A stretch of 61,614 nucleotides of DNA, filler included, from Pirum gemmata (lineage: Eukaryota): assembly GCA_002812295.1 (NCBI GenBank). It is 11 parts of 11 records of this genome, joined end to end, with 100 filler letters (N's around TTAATTAATTAA, not from the genome) between each part and the next. Parts side by side here need not be neighbours in the genome. Positions count along the whole stretch, not along the records: positions 34,434 to 39,821 come from PDIN01000574.1; positions 39,922 to 45,267 come from PDIN01000575.1; positions 45,368 to 50,701 come from PDIN01000576.1; 8 more parts are not named here. The stretch is one strand, 5' to 3'. The notes beneath the pieces are model-generated. The model had not been told where the DNA came from, did no database searches, and saw nothing but the letters and a program-made list of their open reading frames with translations. The position numbers and the translations under genes were made by a program. Shown here in pieces: positions 38,209-50,229 of this stretch (within the stretch, counting starts at the first letter, position 1; every line of letters starts with the position of its first letter).

Positions 38209-38649
38209 AGACATCGACGCTTAATTACAGAAAGTAATAGTTTCTAGTAGCTAAAGTGGTGTTTAAAAACTCCATTTTGTGGTAGTTAATTGCGTATGTA
38301 TTTTTTCACAAATTATTTATATGTCTATAATAAATTATATATCGATATAATTTAGAAACGAAATATCAACTATCATAGTAGAAATATGATTCAAAAAAAG
38401 AAAGAGTAGAGAATCTAGCTAGAGATTACCACCAGAGAACCAGCAAATAATTTATGTCCAACTTTAGGTTTCACTAAAATTTTCAGTTTTCGAATATAAC
38501 TAATATAATAATATTTATTTAATAGATTTGAAATTTTCGAACATGAAAATGGTGGGGCTTTTTTTAAAAAAATTAATAAAAAAAAGTAGGCCGTTTTTAA
38601 ATTGTTTGTGATATATACCATTTTTAAAATAATATTATTAAATATCATA

Positions 38650-38882
38650 GAGTAGGGGTGAGATATCTACTGGAACTTTTTTCGAACAGATGCTTATCGA
38701 GCCATCCTAAGTTCTGTGTTTCTTACTAATAATAGCAGATAAATAGCTTAAAATAGTAAATCTAATTAAGTAGATACCAATTAAAGTAACAATATTAACA
38801 TTAATAGTATTAAAACCATAAAATCGGAAAAGTTCCGGCAGCTGTTCGGTAATAATAAAATGCCGTCATCTCACCCCTACTG
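38650..38882. mobile_element. MITE family C (TIR AGTAGGGGTGAGAT...ATCTCACCCCTACT); partial copies at ~11240-11367, ~23566-23637, ~31881-31969
   Basis: 14-bp inverted termini and a shared internal sequence across four scaffolds; TSD not evident. Confidence 0.8.
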
Positions 38883-40029
38883 GCTGGATAGTGTGAACCT
38901 AGCTAGAGAGAGTAGCTAGAGAGAGTAGCTAGAGAAAACTACTTCTAGCTAGAAAATTTTTCGNTTTCGTAGACTTTTTTTGATTAATTTTTTTTTTTTT
39001 TAAAAGAAAAAAAAAAAAAATCTGACCTACACTAATTGAACTTTTAAAAAAATAGTCTGTGTGGGATGTGAGAGTAGTTTATGATTATCTAACCCTTATT
39101 ATACTCTTATTATCATAGTTTAGGTTAGTTTTAGGTTCCCTTTTAAAACTACCACTAGTAGTATCGATAGCTAGCTAGCTGGCTACCAGACTACTCAAGT
39201 AGCTACAGACCACAGCAGCTAGCTAGTCTAACCCTGACATCCTATTTTGGCATGATATTGTTATGATATTATTTTTTTTTTTAATTATTCATAAAAAAAA
39301 AAATATTACTATTTTTTAGTCAAATTATTTATAAAACTCGGAAATCATTTTTTTTTTACTAGATTTTTTTTCGACTTCTTTTCTAAAAACCTTGGAATGA
39401 TAACTAGCCAAATTATTATTAAAAACTGGCTATTGGCTCATAATAAAGTTTTCTTAGTTAAACGATTTCTAAAATGTTGATAGTACTTTCATTAAAATTG
39501 GAAGATTTTTTAAAAGGTTTTAGGATTTTGCAATTTTATCAAGCATGGGTGTATTTTATCTGTGTATTTTATATTATATAAGTATAATAAAAAATAATTT
39601 ATATAATATTATTATATTATCTGATATTTATAAATATATAATTACATACATCATAATGTTGTGTATAATTTATAATATATGATACTGTTATATAGTAATG
39701 AACAAGAAGATTCCAAAAATAAAATAATAAAATACTGACATTATATTAAAAAAAAAAAAATAGTATTCTATACAGCGCATCAGAATACCATATCATGATA
39801 ATAATTATTATTAATTAAAAANNNNNNNNNNNNNNNNNNNNNNNNNNNNNNNNNNNNNNNNNNNNTTAATTAATTAANNNNNNNNNNNNNNNNNNNNNNN
39901 NNNNNNNNNNNNNNNNNNNNNTAAAAATTGAATAAAATCCTCTTCAAACTTTTAATTTCTATATTTTTATATTTATTATAATTTTATAATACTGTTACAT
40001 TTTTTATAGCTATATTGACACAAACCTAC

Positions 40030-41115
40030 AACTAAGAGTACCAAATTAATACAATATAAATCCATTTCATTTAATTTGGTATATTTTATTATGTATTTAT
40101 TTATTTAAAAAAGTCAATTTAAAATATCATAACCAACCAAATAAATATTTAAAGTAACAAAATAAATGAAAAGCACAATACCTAGTCTATACCTTGCATA
40201 CAATCCACAACGTTGTCAGAAAAAAATTTAGGGCTTATTACTGCTCGTCCAAGAAAAATATCATTAAATTTGTGGTTTTTGTGGTGCGTTAATTAACAAT
40301 CATTTTTTGAATGGTGCATTTCAGTTGTTTTGTCATCATTAAATAATTTTATAAAAGATACAATATTATAAATAGCTCAATAAATAGTACTAAATTATTA
40401 CAATATAAATCCATTTGATTTAATTTGGTATATTTTATTATCTATGTATTGATTTGAAAATGTCAATTTAAAGATTATAACCCTCCAAATAAATATTCAG
40501 AGTGACAAACTAAATGAAAAGCACGATAGTACTTTATTGGTTAATGCAGAAAACATGTGTGCTTTTTCTTGTTTGTTTTTCTCCTCAAATCTATTTGCTT
40601 GATCAATTCCAAAATATTTCTTTATCCAAAGTTTTCTTGTTGGAATATGGTTATCAATAATATTATAATGTCAATCTATCTTATTCACTTTTACTCAATT
40701 CAGGAAGATAATTGGCTGTATGTCTTCTAAACCATTTTATAAAGAAACCTCCTCAATCAGTCCAATTCCTTATACACCGATAATTAGGCTCAAAAACATA
40801 AAGCATAATAATGCTTCAAAATTTGTACTTGCAATTTTCATATTATTATTATAGTCTATAGTGCTTTTCAGTTGTTTTGTCATCATAAAATATATAATAA
40901 ATCGTACCAAATTACTACAATATAAATCCATTTGATTTAATTTGGTATATTTTATTATCTATGTATTGATTTAAAAACTTATTATCTCATATAATCATGA
41001 GGTTTTATAGTTGGTTATAATTTTTTAATTGACATTATTAAATGAATAAATGATAATAAAATATACAAATTAAATGAAATAGATTTATATTGTATTACTT
41101 TGGTACTCTTTATTT
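40030..41115. mobile_element. Cluster of MITE family A copies and fragments (~40030-40179, ~40312-40526, ~40859-40975, ~41010-41115)
   Basis: Consensus motifs TACCAAATTAATACAATATAAATCCATTT and TGAAAAGCAC. Confidence 0.8.
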
Positions 41116-41597
41116 TATATATATATTTTACTTATTTTTTACTCACAAATTTCGTATTAATATTATGTGACTATATATATTATAATTCTTTTTTATTATT
41201 TATTCTTTGCTATCATATTATGTTACTATATATTATAATATTTATTATTATTATTTATTCCTTACTATCTCATATAATTAATCATGAGGTTTATATTTTG
41301 TACTCACAAATTTCATATTATGTGACTAAATATTATATTTTAAAATTAATTAAAATATTTTTTTATTATTTATTCCTTTGTTATCATATTATGTAACTAT
41401 ATTATAATATTTATTATTATTATTTACTCCTTACTATCTCATATAATCATAAGGTTTTATATTTTGCACTTACAAATTTCATATTATGTGACTATATTAT
41501 GATATATTTTTATTCTTTATTCTTTAAATTTGCTATCATAGAACCTCTACCAGCTGTAGCTAGCAACTTCTAGAACCCCCCGCTCCCTCTAGAAATT

Positions 41598-41841
41598 AAC
41601 CCTAACCCTAACCCTAACCCTAACCCTAACCCTAACCCCTAACCCTAACCCTAACCCCTAACCCTANNNNNNNNNNNNNNNNNNNNNNNNNNNNNNNNNN
41701 NNNNNNNNNNNNNNNNNNNNNNNNNNNNNNNNNNNNNCTAACCCTAACCCCTAACCCCTAACCCTAACCCTAACCCCTAACCCTAACCCTAACCCCTAAC
41801 CCAAACCCTAACCCCTAACCCCTAACCCTAACCCTAACCCC
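41598..41841. repeat. Interstitial telomere-type repeat (TAACCC)n with TAACCCC variants, containing a gap
   Basis: Read directly; similar tracts at ~17010-17048, 50802-50880 (GGGTTA) and ~51830-52080. Confidence 0.9.
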
Positions 41842-42090
41842 TCTAACTCCCTGCCTGCTCCCTTCTGCCTTCTAGCTAGAAACGTCTGGAAACGTCAACA
41901 GTTACTAGAAACGTCTAGCTCCCTCTAGAATTATTGCAAGATAGATTAGGTCTGGTTTACAATATTTATTAAAATTATTATGAATATAAGTTTGTTTCAA
42001 CACAACTACAATACACCAATTAATAGTAATCACAGTAATGTTAGGAGCACTTTTAAATTTTTATTATCATATCATAATATTACAAAATTA

Positions 42091-42189
42091 TAGCGCTTTT
42101 CATTTATTTTGTCACTCTGAATATTTATTTGGTTGGTTATAATTTTTTTAATTGACATTGTACGATGACAAAACAACTGAAAAGCACGA
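42091..42189 (-). mobile_element. 99-bp internally deleted MITE family A copy with both TIRs
   Basis: TA|TAGCGCTTTTCATTT...CTGAAAAGCACGA|TA. Confidence 0.85.
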
Positions 42190-42618
42190 TATACTACCTA
42201 CTAGCTAGACCATACTACTATCATACTCTTTAGGAAATATTATTGTATTATAGCTTAGCCTATTTTAAAATCTAGATATTAATAATGAAGTTTCTTTTTT
42301 CTGAAAACTGCATAATATATGAATATATATAATTTTATTATTAATATTATTATTATTTATAGATAGATTAAGTCTGGTTTACAATATTTAAAATTATTAT
42401 GAATATAAGTTTGTATGAACACAACTACAATACCAATTAATAGTATTACATCACAGTAATATTACGAACACTTTTAAATTTTTATTATCATATTATATCA
42501 TAATATTACAAAATTATACTACTATCATACTCTTTAGGAAATATTATTGTATTATAGCTTAGCCTATTTTAATTAAAATCTAGATAATAAAGTTTCTTTT
42601 TTCTGAAAACTGCAGCAG

Positions 42619-42803
42619 GGTGCTTTTCAGTTGTTTTGTCATCATAAAATGTACAATAAATAGTACCAAATTAATACAATATAAATCCATTTCATTTAAT
42701 TTGGTATATTTTATTATCAATTTATTCATTTAACAATGTCAATTAAAAAAATTATAACCAACCAAATAAATATTCAGAGTGACAAAATAAATGAAAAGCA
42801 CGA
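42619..42803 (+). mobile_element. MITE family A copy
   Basis: GTGCTTTTCAGTTG...TGAAAAGCACGA|TA, close to the consensus. Confidence 0.88.
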
Positions 42804-43132
42804 TAGTAGTCTACTAGCCACTGGTGTGTTATAGCTGGGGGTGCTACAACAGGTAAACAACAGTAGACCAGGTCTACGGCAGCCTAGCTAGCTAGCTTGT
42901 AGTACTACAGCTATTTATTAATTTATGCACTGAATTTATGCATAATATTGTGTTGTGCTTTTCATTTCTTTTCTCACTCTGAATATTTATTTAGTTGGTT
43001 ATAATATTTAAGTTGACATTTTTAAATTAATAAATAGATAATAAAATATACCAAATTAACTGAAATGGATTTATATTGTATTAATTTGGTACTCTTTATT
43101 NNNNNNNNNNNNNNNNNNNNNNNNNNNNNNNN

Positions 43133-43213
<81 letters not shown>

Positions 43214-45543
43214 CAAAAAAAAAAAAAGTGTTTTTGGTGCAAAAGACACCACAAGTCGCTCGTCAAAACAGATTTTTATTTTTGTTTGTTTTAGGCTGGT
43301 AGCGGCGGTGTCAACAACAAGTAGAAACTTCTCCGAATTCTGCCCCTAAACTCGACTTTCTGCTTCTGCCTTCTGCTCCGAAAAGCTCGATTTCTGCCGA
43401 GCAGAATTTCTGGTCTGTTTGGTCTGTTCTAAATTAATTTTTCGATTTTATTAATAAATATATAGATTCGAACATTTCGAGTTTATATTTTTATAGTGGT
43501 AGAATCAATCTCCTTTTTTTTTTTTTTTCAAAAAATTAATTTTTGATCGAGTTAGAGAGGAAAAGCACCATTTTGTCATTCTCGAAAAAGGCCAAATTCT
43601 GCCCGGGCAGAATTTGGAGAAGTATATGTAGTAGGCCAGGCACGAGACCCAAAGACACTGTTGTGGGTCACTATGAACAAAGACGCTATCATTTCAGCTA
43701 TTACAAACTGAAAATACAATTAGGTTAGTTTATTTAGTATATTATACCATTTACTTGGTCTACAGCCAGTTAGTCATCAACATTTAATATCAGGTAACAA
43801 TAATGGTCATGTTCCACAAGACTTCCACTAGCACTTGGCAATATATTACTTAGTATGGCAAACTTTGGAATGCTCGAGGTTTTCAACAAATACTTATATC
43901 ATAACAACAAAAATACGAAAAACAATATGTGTTTGGCTGTATATTACTTAGTATGGCAAACTTTGGAATGCTCGAGGTTTTCAACAAATACTTATATATC
44001 ATAACAACAAAAATACAAAAAACAATATGTGTTTTCAAACATATAATGCGTGAATTTAGTATATAATCAACAACTACAAGAATATCCTTATTATGAGTGT
44101 CTATTTTGCAATACGTTTCCCTTATTATATTAAACAACATTAAATTTTTTATCAATATAGCAAAGCTAGTATGATAGCTACTGTAATTTGTAAAAGATAA
44201 AAATACTGGGACAGCAGGACCAACCTTTTGAGTGAGTGTTGGTGAGGTTGGGTTAGACTGTATAATATCATAATTGGGTGTTTATCTACTGTGTTTAACC
44301 CCAACCCCAACCCCATTAATGTTAGTTTGTTTGTTGTGCTTATGATTTATAATATATAATATTATATAGACTCTACTTGTATAAATTTCAAAAGACTGAA
44401 GTACTGTATTTAAATTTTGAGTCCTTGAATTTTGAATCAAGTACTAGTGTTTCTTTCACAACAATAATAATAACAAAAACAATATTAATAACAACAATAT
44501 TAATAACAATAACAATATTAATAACACTAACAATAACAATAACAATATAACAATAACAATAACAATAACAATAACAATATTAATTAATAACAATAACAAT
44601 AACAATAACAAAAACAATAGCAATAGCAATAGCAATAGCAATAACAATAACAATAACAATAACAATAACAATAACAATAACAATAACAATAACAATAACA
44701 ATAACAATAAAAATAACAATAACAACAACAACAACAATAACAATAATTTTTCTTGAACATTCTGCAACCACACCACTATAAAATAGCTTGTACTTTGAAC
44801 TTTGAAGCACCACTGTGCCACTGAGTCAGCTACTAATAGGCTATAGCTGCTGCATAATACGATAGTGAGTGGATGGTTGCATTTTTGCTAACCCTACCAT
44901 AACCACTAGAAGACTCCCTAACTTCCTAACCATAACCCCAAAGTTCATAATATTATGTTTTTTTAAAAAAAAAAAAAAAAAAAAACGCCAAAATTCAGCT
45001 CTGTTTGAAAATTATTTTTCCCATTTTTTTCGTGTTTATAAATAAATAAATATATTTGAATACTTAATTGTAAACTCAAAATTTCGAACTTATTTAATTA
45101 ATTAGACCAATAACTTGAAATCCAGATTTACAACTTTTACAACTATTAACCAATGTAGTAATTTAAAAAAAATTTAACTTTGAATTTTTGACTAAACCTC
45201 CCCCAATTCTGCTCTAGCCCGAAAACTCGAATTTCTGCGGTCAAAAAAAAAAAAAAAAAACACCAAANNNNNNNNNNNNNNNNNNNNNNNNNNNNNNNNN
45301 NNNNNNNNNNNTTAATTAATTAANNNNNNNNNNNNNNNNNNNNNNNNNNNNNNNNNNNNNNNNNNNNTAATAATAATAATAATAATAGCAATAATGATAT
45401 TAAAAGAAATATTGATATTAATAAATAATGAATTTTTGGTATCATCCATAAATAAACATATTGATTGATATTTTATATCTTTGAACACAATACAAAATAT
45501 CCATGCTTTCTATGAGCGCTTTCATTTACGTATTCATACTTAC

Positions 45544-46121
45544 TTCAATTGTTCAATTTTCTGATATAGGCGAGTTATATTTCTTCGTGATTCTGTTAAC
45601 GATCTTTTAGCATCGTCTAATTTTTTTTGGTCATCTTCGCTTAAATCCCCCTGTGGAACCTGTGACACTCCACCTGTGTATATATTTACGATGTTTTGGG
45701 AAGCTTGTCTAAACTTGTGCTCTTTTTCAAGCTCTGCTTCGATCTATTAAAAATAAATAAAACGAATTTTATAAAAGAAGAGATAAGAGATAAATAAATA
45801 AATAAAACTGATTTTTCTAAAAAAAACAAAAGGCAGAAATGTGAGATAAGAGATAAGATAGAGATTTAGAGATAAGAGGTACAGAAAGGATTCATTCATT
45901 AAACAATAATAATAATAATAAATAAATAAATAATAAATAAAATCACTTAAAATAAAATAAATATCGAAATAAAAATGACAGAACAACAAACAAACCAAAA
46001 TAATATAAATAAATGACCCCCCTAAACACAACAATTCAATTTAAAAAAGGAAAAACATTGAAAATGACGAAAATATTACCTGGGCAATCTTCTCGCCGAG
46101 AGTTTGTTCTACTTCAGCCAT
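45544..46121 (-). CDS. 5' exons (46121-46080, 45743-45544) of an HR1 (Rho-binding) domain protein, e.g. PKN/Pkc1-like; runs off the scaffold
   Basis: Spliced translation MAEVEQTLGEKIAQ/IEAELEKEHKFRQASQNIVNIY...LDDAKRSLTESRRNITRLYQKIEQL fits the HR1 helical-hairpin pattern; CAG|GTAAT, TAG| and |GTAAGT splice sites. Not in the ORF track. Confidence 0.7.
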
Positions 46122-47202
46122 TTTCCTGATAATAGACAAAAAACAAGGAATCAGACCAAATAGTTCAAACGACTTGCAATTTAAACTTAAGATTTTGATT
46201 TTAATATTTAATATTAATAATTTATGATTTTATTCTGTGATTATACCTATGAAGTGTTTTATGACTTAAACAAAATAACATCTATAATCTTAAGGCTTTA
46301 GAATGGTTTGTTGAGATTTTAAAACTTGTGGAGGTTCAGAGTTCTTATTTATGATTTCAATGATTGATTCTGTTTTTAAAATTTGACATTTTCTTAAACG
46401 TTGTTATCAAAGACTTTTAAATGAGAAAACTTTATAAAATACACAGCTAATGCTTACTTCAGATAATAACGAGAACAGCTGAACCAAGAACTCCAGCAGG
46501 TAATATGACAATTGAATACTGTACTAAGAAAAAAGGAAGAACTAAAAAGTATGGAAGGCTGAAAACGGTATGCAACCCAAAACTAGTAGTAGTAAAAATC
46601 TAATAATAAGAACGAAAGAAAATTCATTTCAACACAAAATATAAAAGCTCTATTAGAAGCTGACTTCCATAACTCTTTTATTTATATTTTTTATTTTTTA
46701 TTTCAACTGAAGTTATTGATTAAAAACCCTATTACCATTCCCTATTATTTATCACTTGTATTATGGATATTATATAGATTTATAAAAGCTTGTATATTAG
46801 CCCTAATAATAAACATGATTTCTAAAGCTAAGCTAGCTAAACATGATTTATGTATGATAATAAAAATTGATGTTTTTTAAAAAAAAATGAAGTAGAACTA
46901 CCCTATTTATTTCTTAGAACTAGTAGTCTAGTAGTAGCTCCTTGGTAGTAATTTGGTATCTTAAACTGAAGCTTTTTGTCTTTTTATATGTCATATGCTA
47001 CCATATTTCAAATAAATTGGTACCTCGAAATTGCTTGAGCTACTCGATCTGGTTAGTCTAGCTAGTAGCTAGTCGATACCACCAGTAGAGTAGACCTAGC
47101 TAGCTAGAGTCAAGCTAGCTATCAATATTGATACTATCAGATAGGAGCTGTAGCTAGCTAGACTAGCTATCATAGACTAGTGGTTGTCCTTAGCGAGCAG
47201 TG

Positions 47203-47248
<46 letters not shown>

Positions 47249-48702
47249 GAAAGCGCAGGAAGGAGATTCCCTGCAGTAATTACACATCAAAAATCAAAAA
47301 ATACTACAACCTCCTTTCATATGATTTTACAACTTCAACCGGTGTATTATTTTCCCTCAGGGCAGGGAAAACCTAATTTAAAAAAAAAATTAATAAAAAA
47401 AAAATAAAAATAAAAAAAAAAAAAAAGAAAAAATAGACCTTGTGGTACACCCACCCAAAAAAAAAAAAAATTCATTTTTCTCAATTCCATTGGTCGATCC
47501 TTATCAGTATATTAGTTTTCATATTCTGGTATCCTTGCTCTCAAATTAAAAATTAAAAAACTGCTACAAAATAATATTTTTGGCAGTAATTAGTTATTAT
47601 GCATATGAAAAAACAGAAAAAAAATCTAGTAGTCACGTGATGTGATAAATTTGTTTTTCAACTCTTTTTTGTATATTATTAATTTTATTATATATTATAT
47701 GATATAAAATTAAAAAAAAAAAAAAAAAAAACACTTATTGAAATTAACTTATTCAATTGATGAAGTACAAAATAGAAAAGCTTCAATACATTATGTTCTA
47801 TATGCATGCTAAATATCACCATATGTCAATATGAATACAATTATTTTCGAATTTAGCTTTCAAGAAATACTATAAATTGGGTTTGTCCTTTTTTGACTCT
47901 TGGTAGTTTTAAAAAAATAGTACAACACCCACTATGTCAAACGCAATTAAGATGATCGTCATGAGGAATATGGATTGATACCAAGAGCAATATTTAGTCT
48001 TGTCGATAATTTCATAAGTGACGTTGACGGTACAAAGTGGTATTTCAGAGTAATATGGACTTAATATTCATAAGTGACGTTGACGGTACAAAGTGGTATT
48101 TCAGAGTAATATGGACTGGATTAACATCAATGTTTGCGATTAATATTGAGATTGCGGTTGTATGTATTCAGATTGGTACTAGTATAATATTATACTGTCA
48201 ATGTATTAATATTATGTGATTATTAATTGTGATTGAGACTGCGATTGAATGTATTTAGATTTACAATATCATTGCAATTGATAATTGGTACTAGTGTATG
48301 CAATGTGATAATTAATATTTTATTTTTATATTAATAGATTTAATCAAACCAGCGAAATTTCTCTATGGAAAAAATTGATAATAGTATACGTACCACTTGA
48401 GGTTACAATAACTTTATAAGAATTAAATGGACGGATGTTTGACTCCCCCCCCCCCGAGTGCCAATTTGCAAGTCTCGCTAAAAGCTTTATTGGAAAGTTG
48501 AAATCTCGTGAAAACTTTTTAATTAAACCTCTTTGGGCAATTCTTTTTTAATCTAATTTAATTATGATACGGTATTAGTCTATAGATATAATTAAATATT
48601 ATATAATATATTAGTATATGTCATAACATGTTTACAAAACTTTTTACGTACTTTCATTCTTAATTTTATTTAATAAATAATATTAAATATTATAATTATT
48701 AC

Positions 48703-50115
48703 TTAAAACATTGTATTTTCTAAAGCCGTTGGCATGGAATTCAATTCTCTCAATTCTTGCTGCTGTTGCAGTATTTGGAAAAAAGAAAAATTGGTATTCA
48801 ACTCCATAGCAGCTGGGGAACATAACGTTTGCGAGTTGGTATTAATATTTTTACTATTGTTAATTGTATTATTATTAATAATGGATATTTCTGGGAAGAA
48901 AAAACTAGAAACCATTTGCTCCACTTTGGTACCATAAGCTTGCTGCTGTTGCATTGGTTGTAAAGTTGGAATTGGGTGCGGAGGTACCTGTTGCTGCAGT
49001 TGGAGTTGTAACTGTTGTATTTGTATTCGTAATTGTAGTTCTGATTGTGATGGTTGTAATTGGGGTTGTGGTTGTAATTGTAACTGTGGTTGTGGTTGTG
49101 GTTGTGGTTGTGGTTGTGGTTGCACATATGGTTGTGGTTGTGTGTGTGGTTGCAGTTGTGGCTGTGGTTGTGGCTGTGGCGGATGTGGTTGCGGTTGCGT
49201 ACGTAGTTGAGATTGTGGTTGTGTACGTACTTGGGGTTGAGGCTGTGGTTTTACTTGTCGTTGTAGGTGTGACTGTTGTTGTTCCTCATGATGTTCTTTT
49301 AAAAACATTGCTAAATCATAATCATTTTTGCTGACTGTTACTGATGTAGGCAAACTATTGCGCCTTAAGCTTTCTATATCCGTGTTCATACTGTCATTAA
49401 ATATATCAATATTTTTATTACTAATACTACGTTTTAACCTTGTCTTTTTGTTGGTAGACTGTTTGGTATTGTTCAACAATTGACCAAAAACATTCGTTTT
49501 ATTTTTTGTATCTTTCTTCGGCTTTCTTCGTTCCACAGTCATCTTTTTTAGGTTCAACGGTCTTGGTTTGTTGTACTTAGCAACATACAACCAGCAAGCA
49601 TTGCAAACTTTACTCGCACTTTTTGAATCGTACCTCCATAAACTGGTTTCTGTTGTAGAACAATGTGAGCATATTTTAGTTTTGGCTTGGGTTTTCATTG
49701 CAGCTCTTCTCTTTATCAAGCAGTTGTTGTCATTCACGCTGCTATCATTATTATTATCAATGTCCAAAGCATCGATTTCATCACTGGTCACTTCGTAAAG
49801 ATTGTTAAAATTAAACTTCCTTTTGTTATTTTCATTCGTTAAATTATTATTATTGTTCTTTGGTACTGATTTTTTAAACATACCCAAGTCCAATTCATTT
49901 TCAGTAAGTGAGAAATTATTATTATTATTATTATTATTATGATTATTATTATTATCTTTATCTTTGCTTCCTAGAAACAACTGCGATAAAGAACTCATTA
50001 TTTTATCTAAGCCACCAGATGAACCACACTTGATTTTTCTAGTTTTTTTATTTTCTGCTAACCAAGCTGTTTGGAACAATAAAAAGTCATCATCATAATC
50101 ATTATTATTCATCAT
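48703..50115 (-). CDS. GATA zinc-finger transcription factor (470 aa) with PQ-rich region
   Basis: CSHCSTTETSLWR..KVCNACWLY..RPL..KK..RRK, i.e. C-X2-C-X18-C-X2-C plus a basic tail. Confidence 0.9.
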   Translation of the reverse strand: MMNNNDYDDDFLLFQTAWLAENKKTRKIKCGSSGGLDKIMSSLSQLFLGSKDKDNNNNHNNNNNNNNFSLTENELDLGMFKKSVPKNNNNNLTNENNKRKFNFNNLYEVTSDEIDALDIDNNNDSSVNDNNCLIKRRAAMKTQAKTKICSHCSTTETSLWRYDSKSASKVCNACWLYVAKYNKPRPLNLKKMTVERRKPKKDTKNKTNVFGQLLNNTKQSTNKKTRLKRSISNKNIDIFNDSMNTDIESLRRNSLPTSVTVSKNDYDLAMFLKEHHEEQQQSHLQRQVKPQPQPQVRTQPQSQLRTQPQPHPPQPQPQPQLQPHTQPQPYVQPQPQPQPQPQPQLQLQPQPQLQPSQSELQLRIQIQQLQLQLQQQVPPHPIPTLQPMQQQQAYGTKVEQMVSSFFFPEISIINNNTINNSKNINTNSQTLCSPAAMELNTNFSFFQILQQQQELRELNSMPTALENTMF

Positions 50116-50163
50116 GACTACAATTGGTTAAAATCTATAAATTTGTGCGTTTTGAATTGTGTT

Positions 50164-50229
<66 letters not shown>

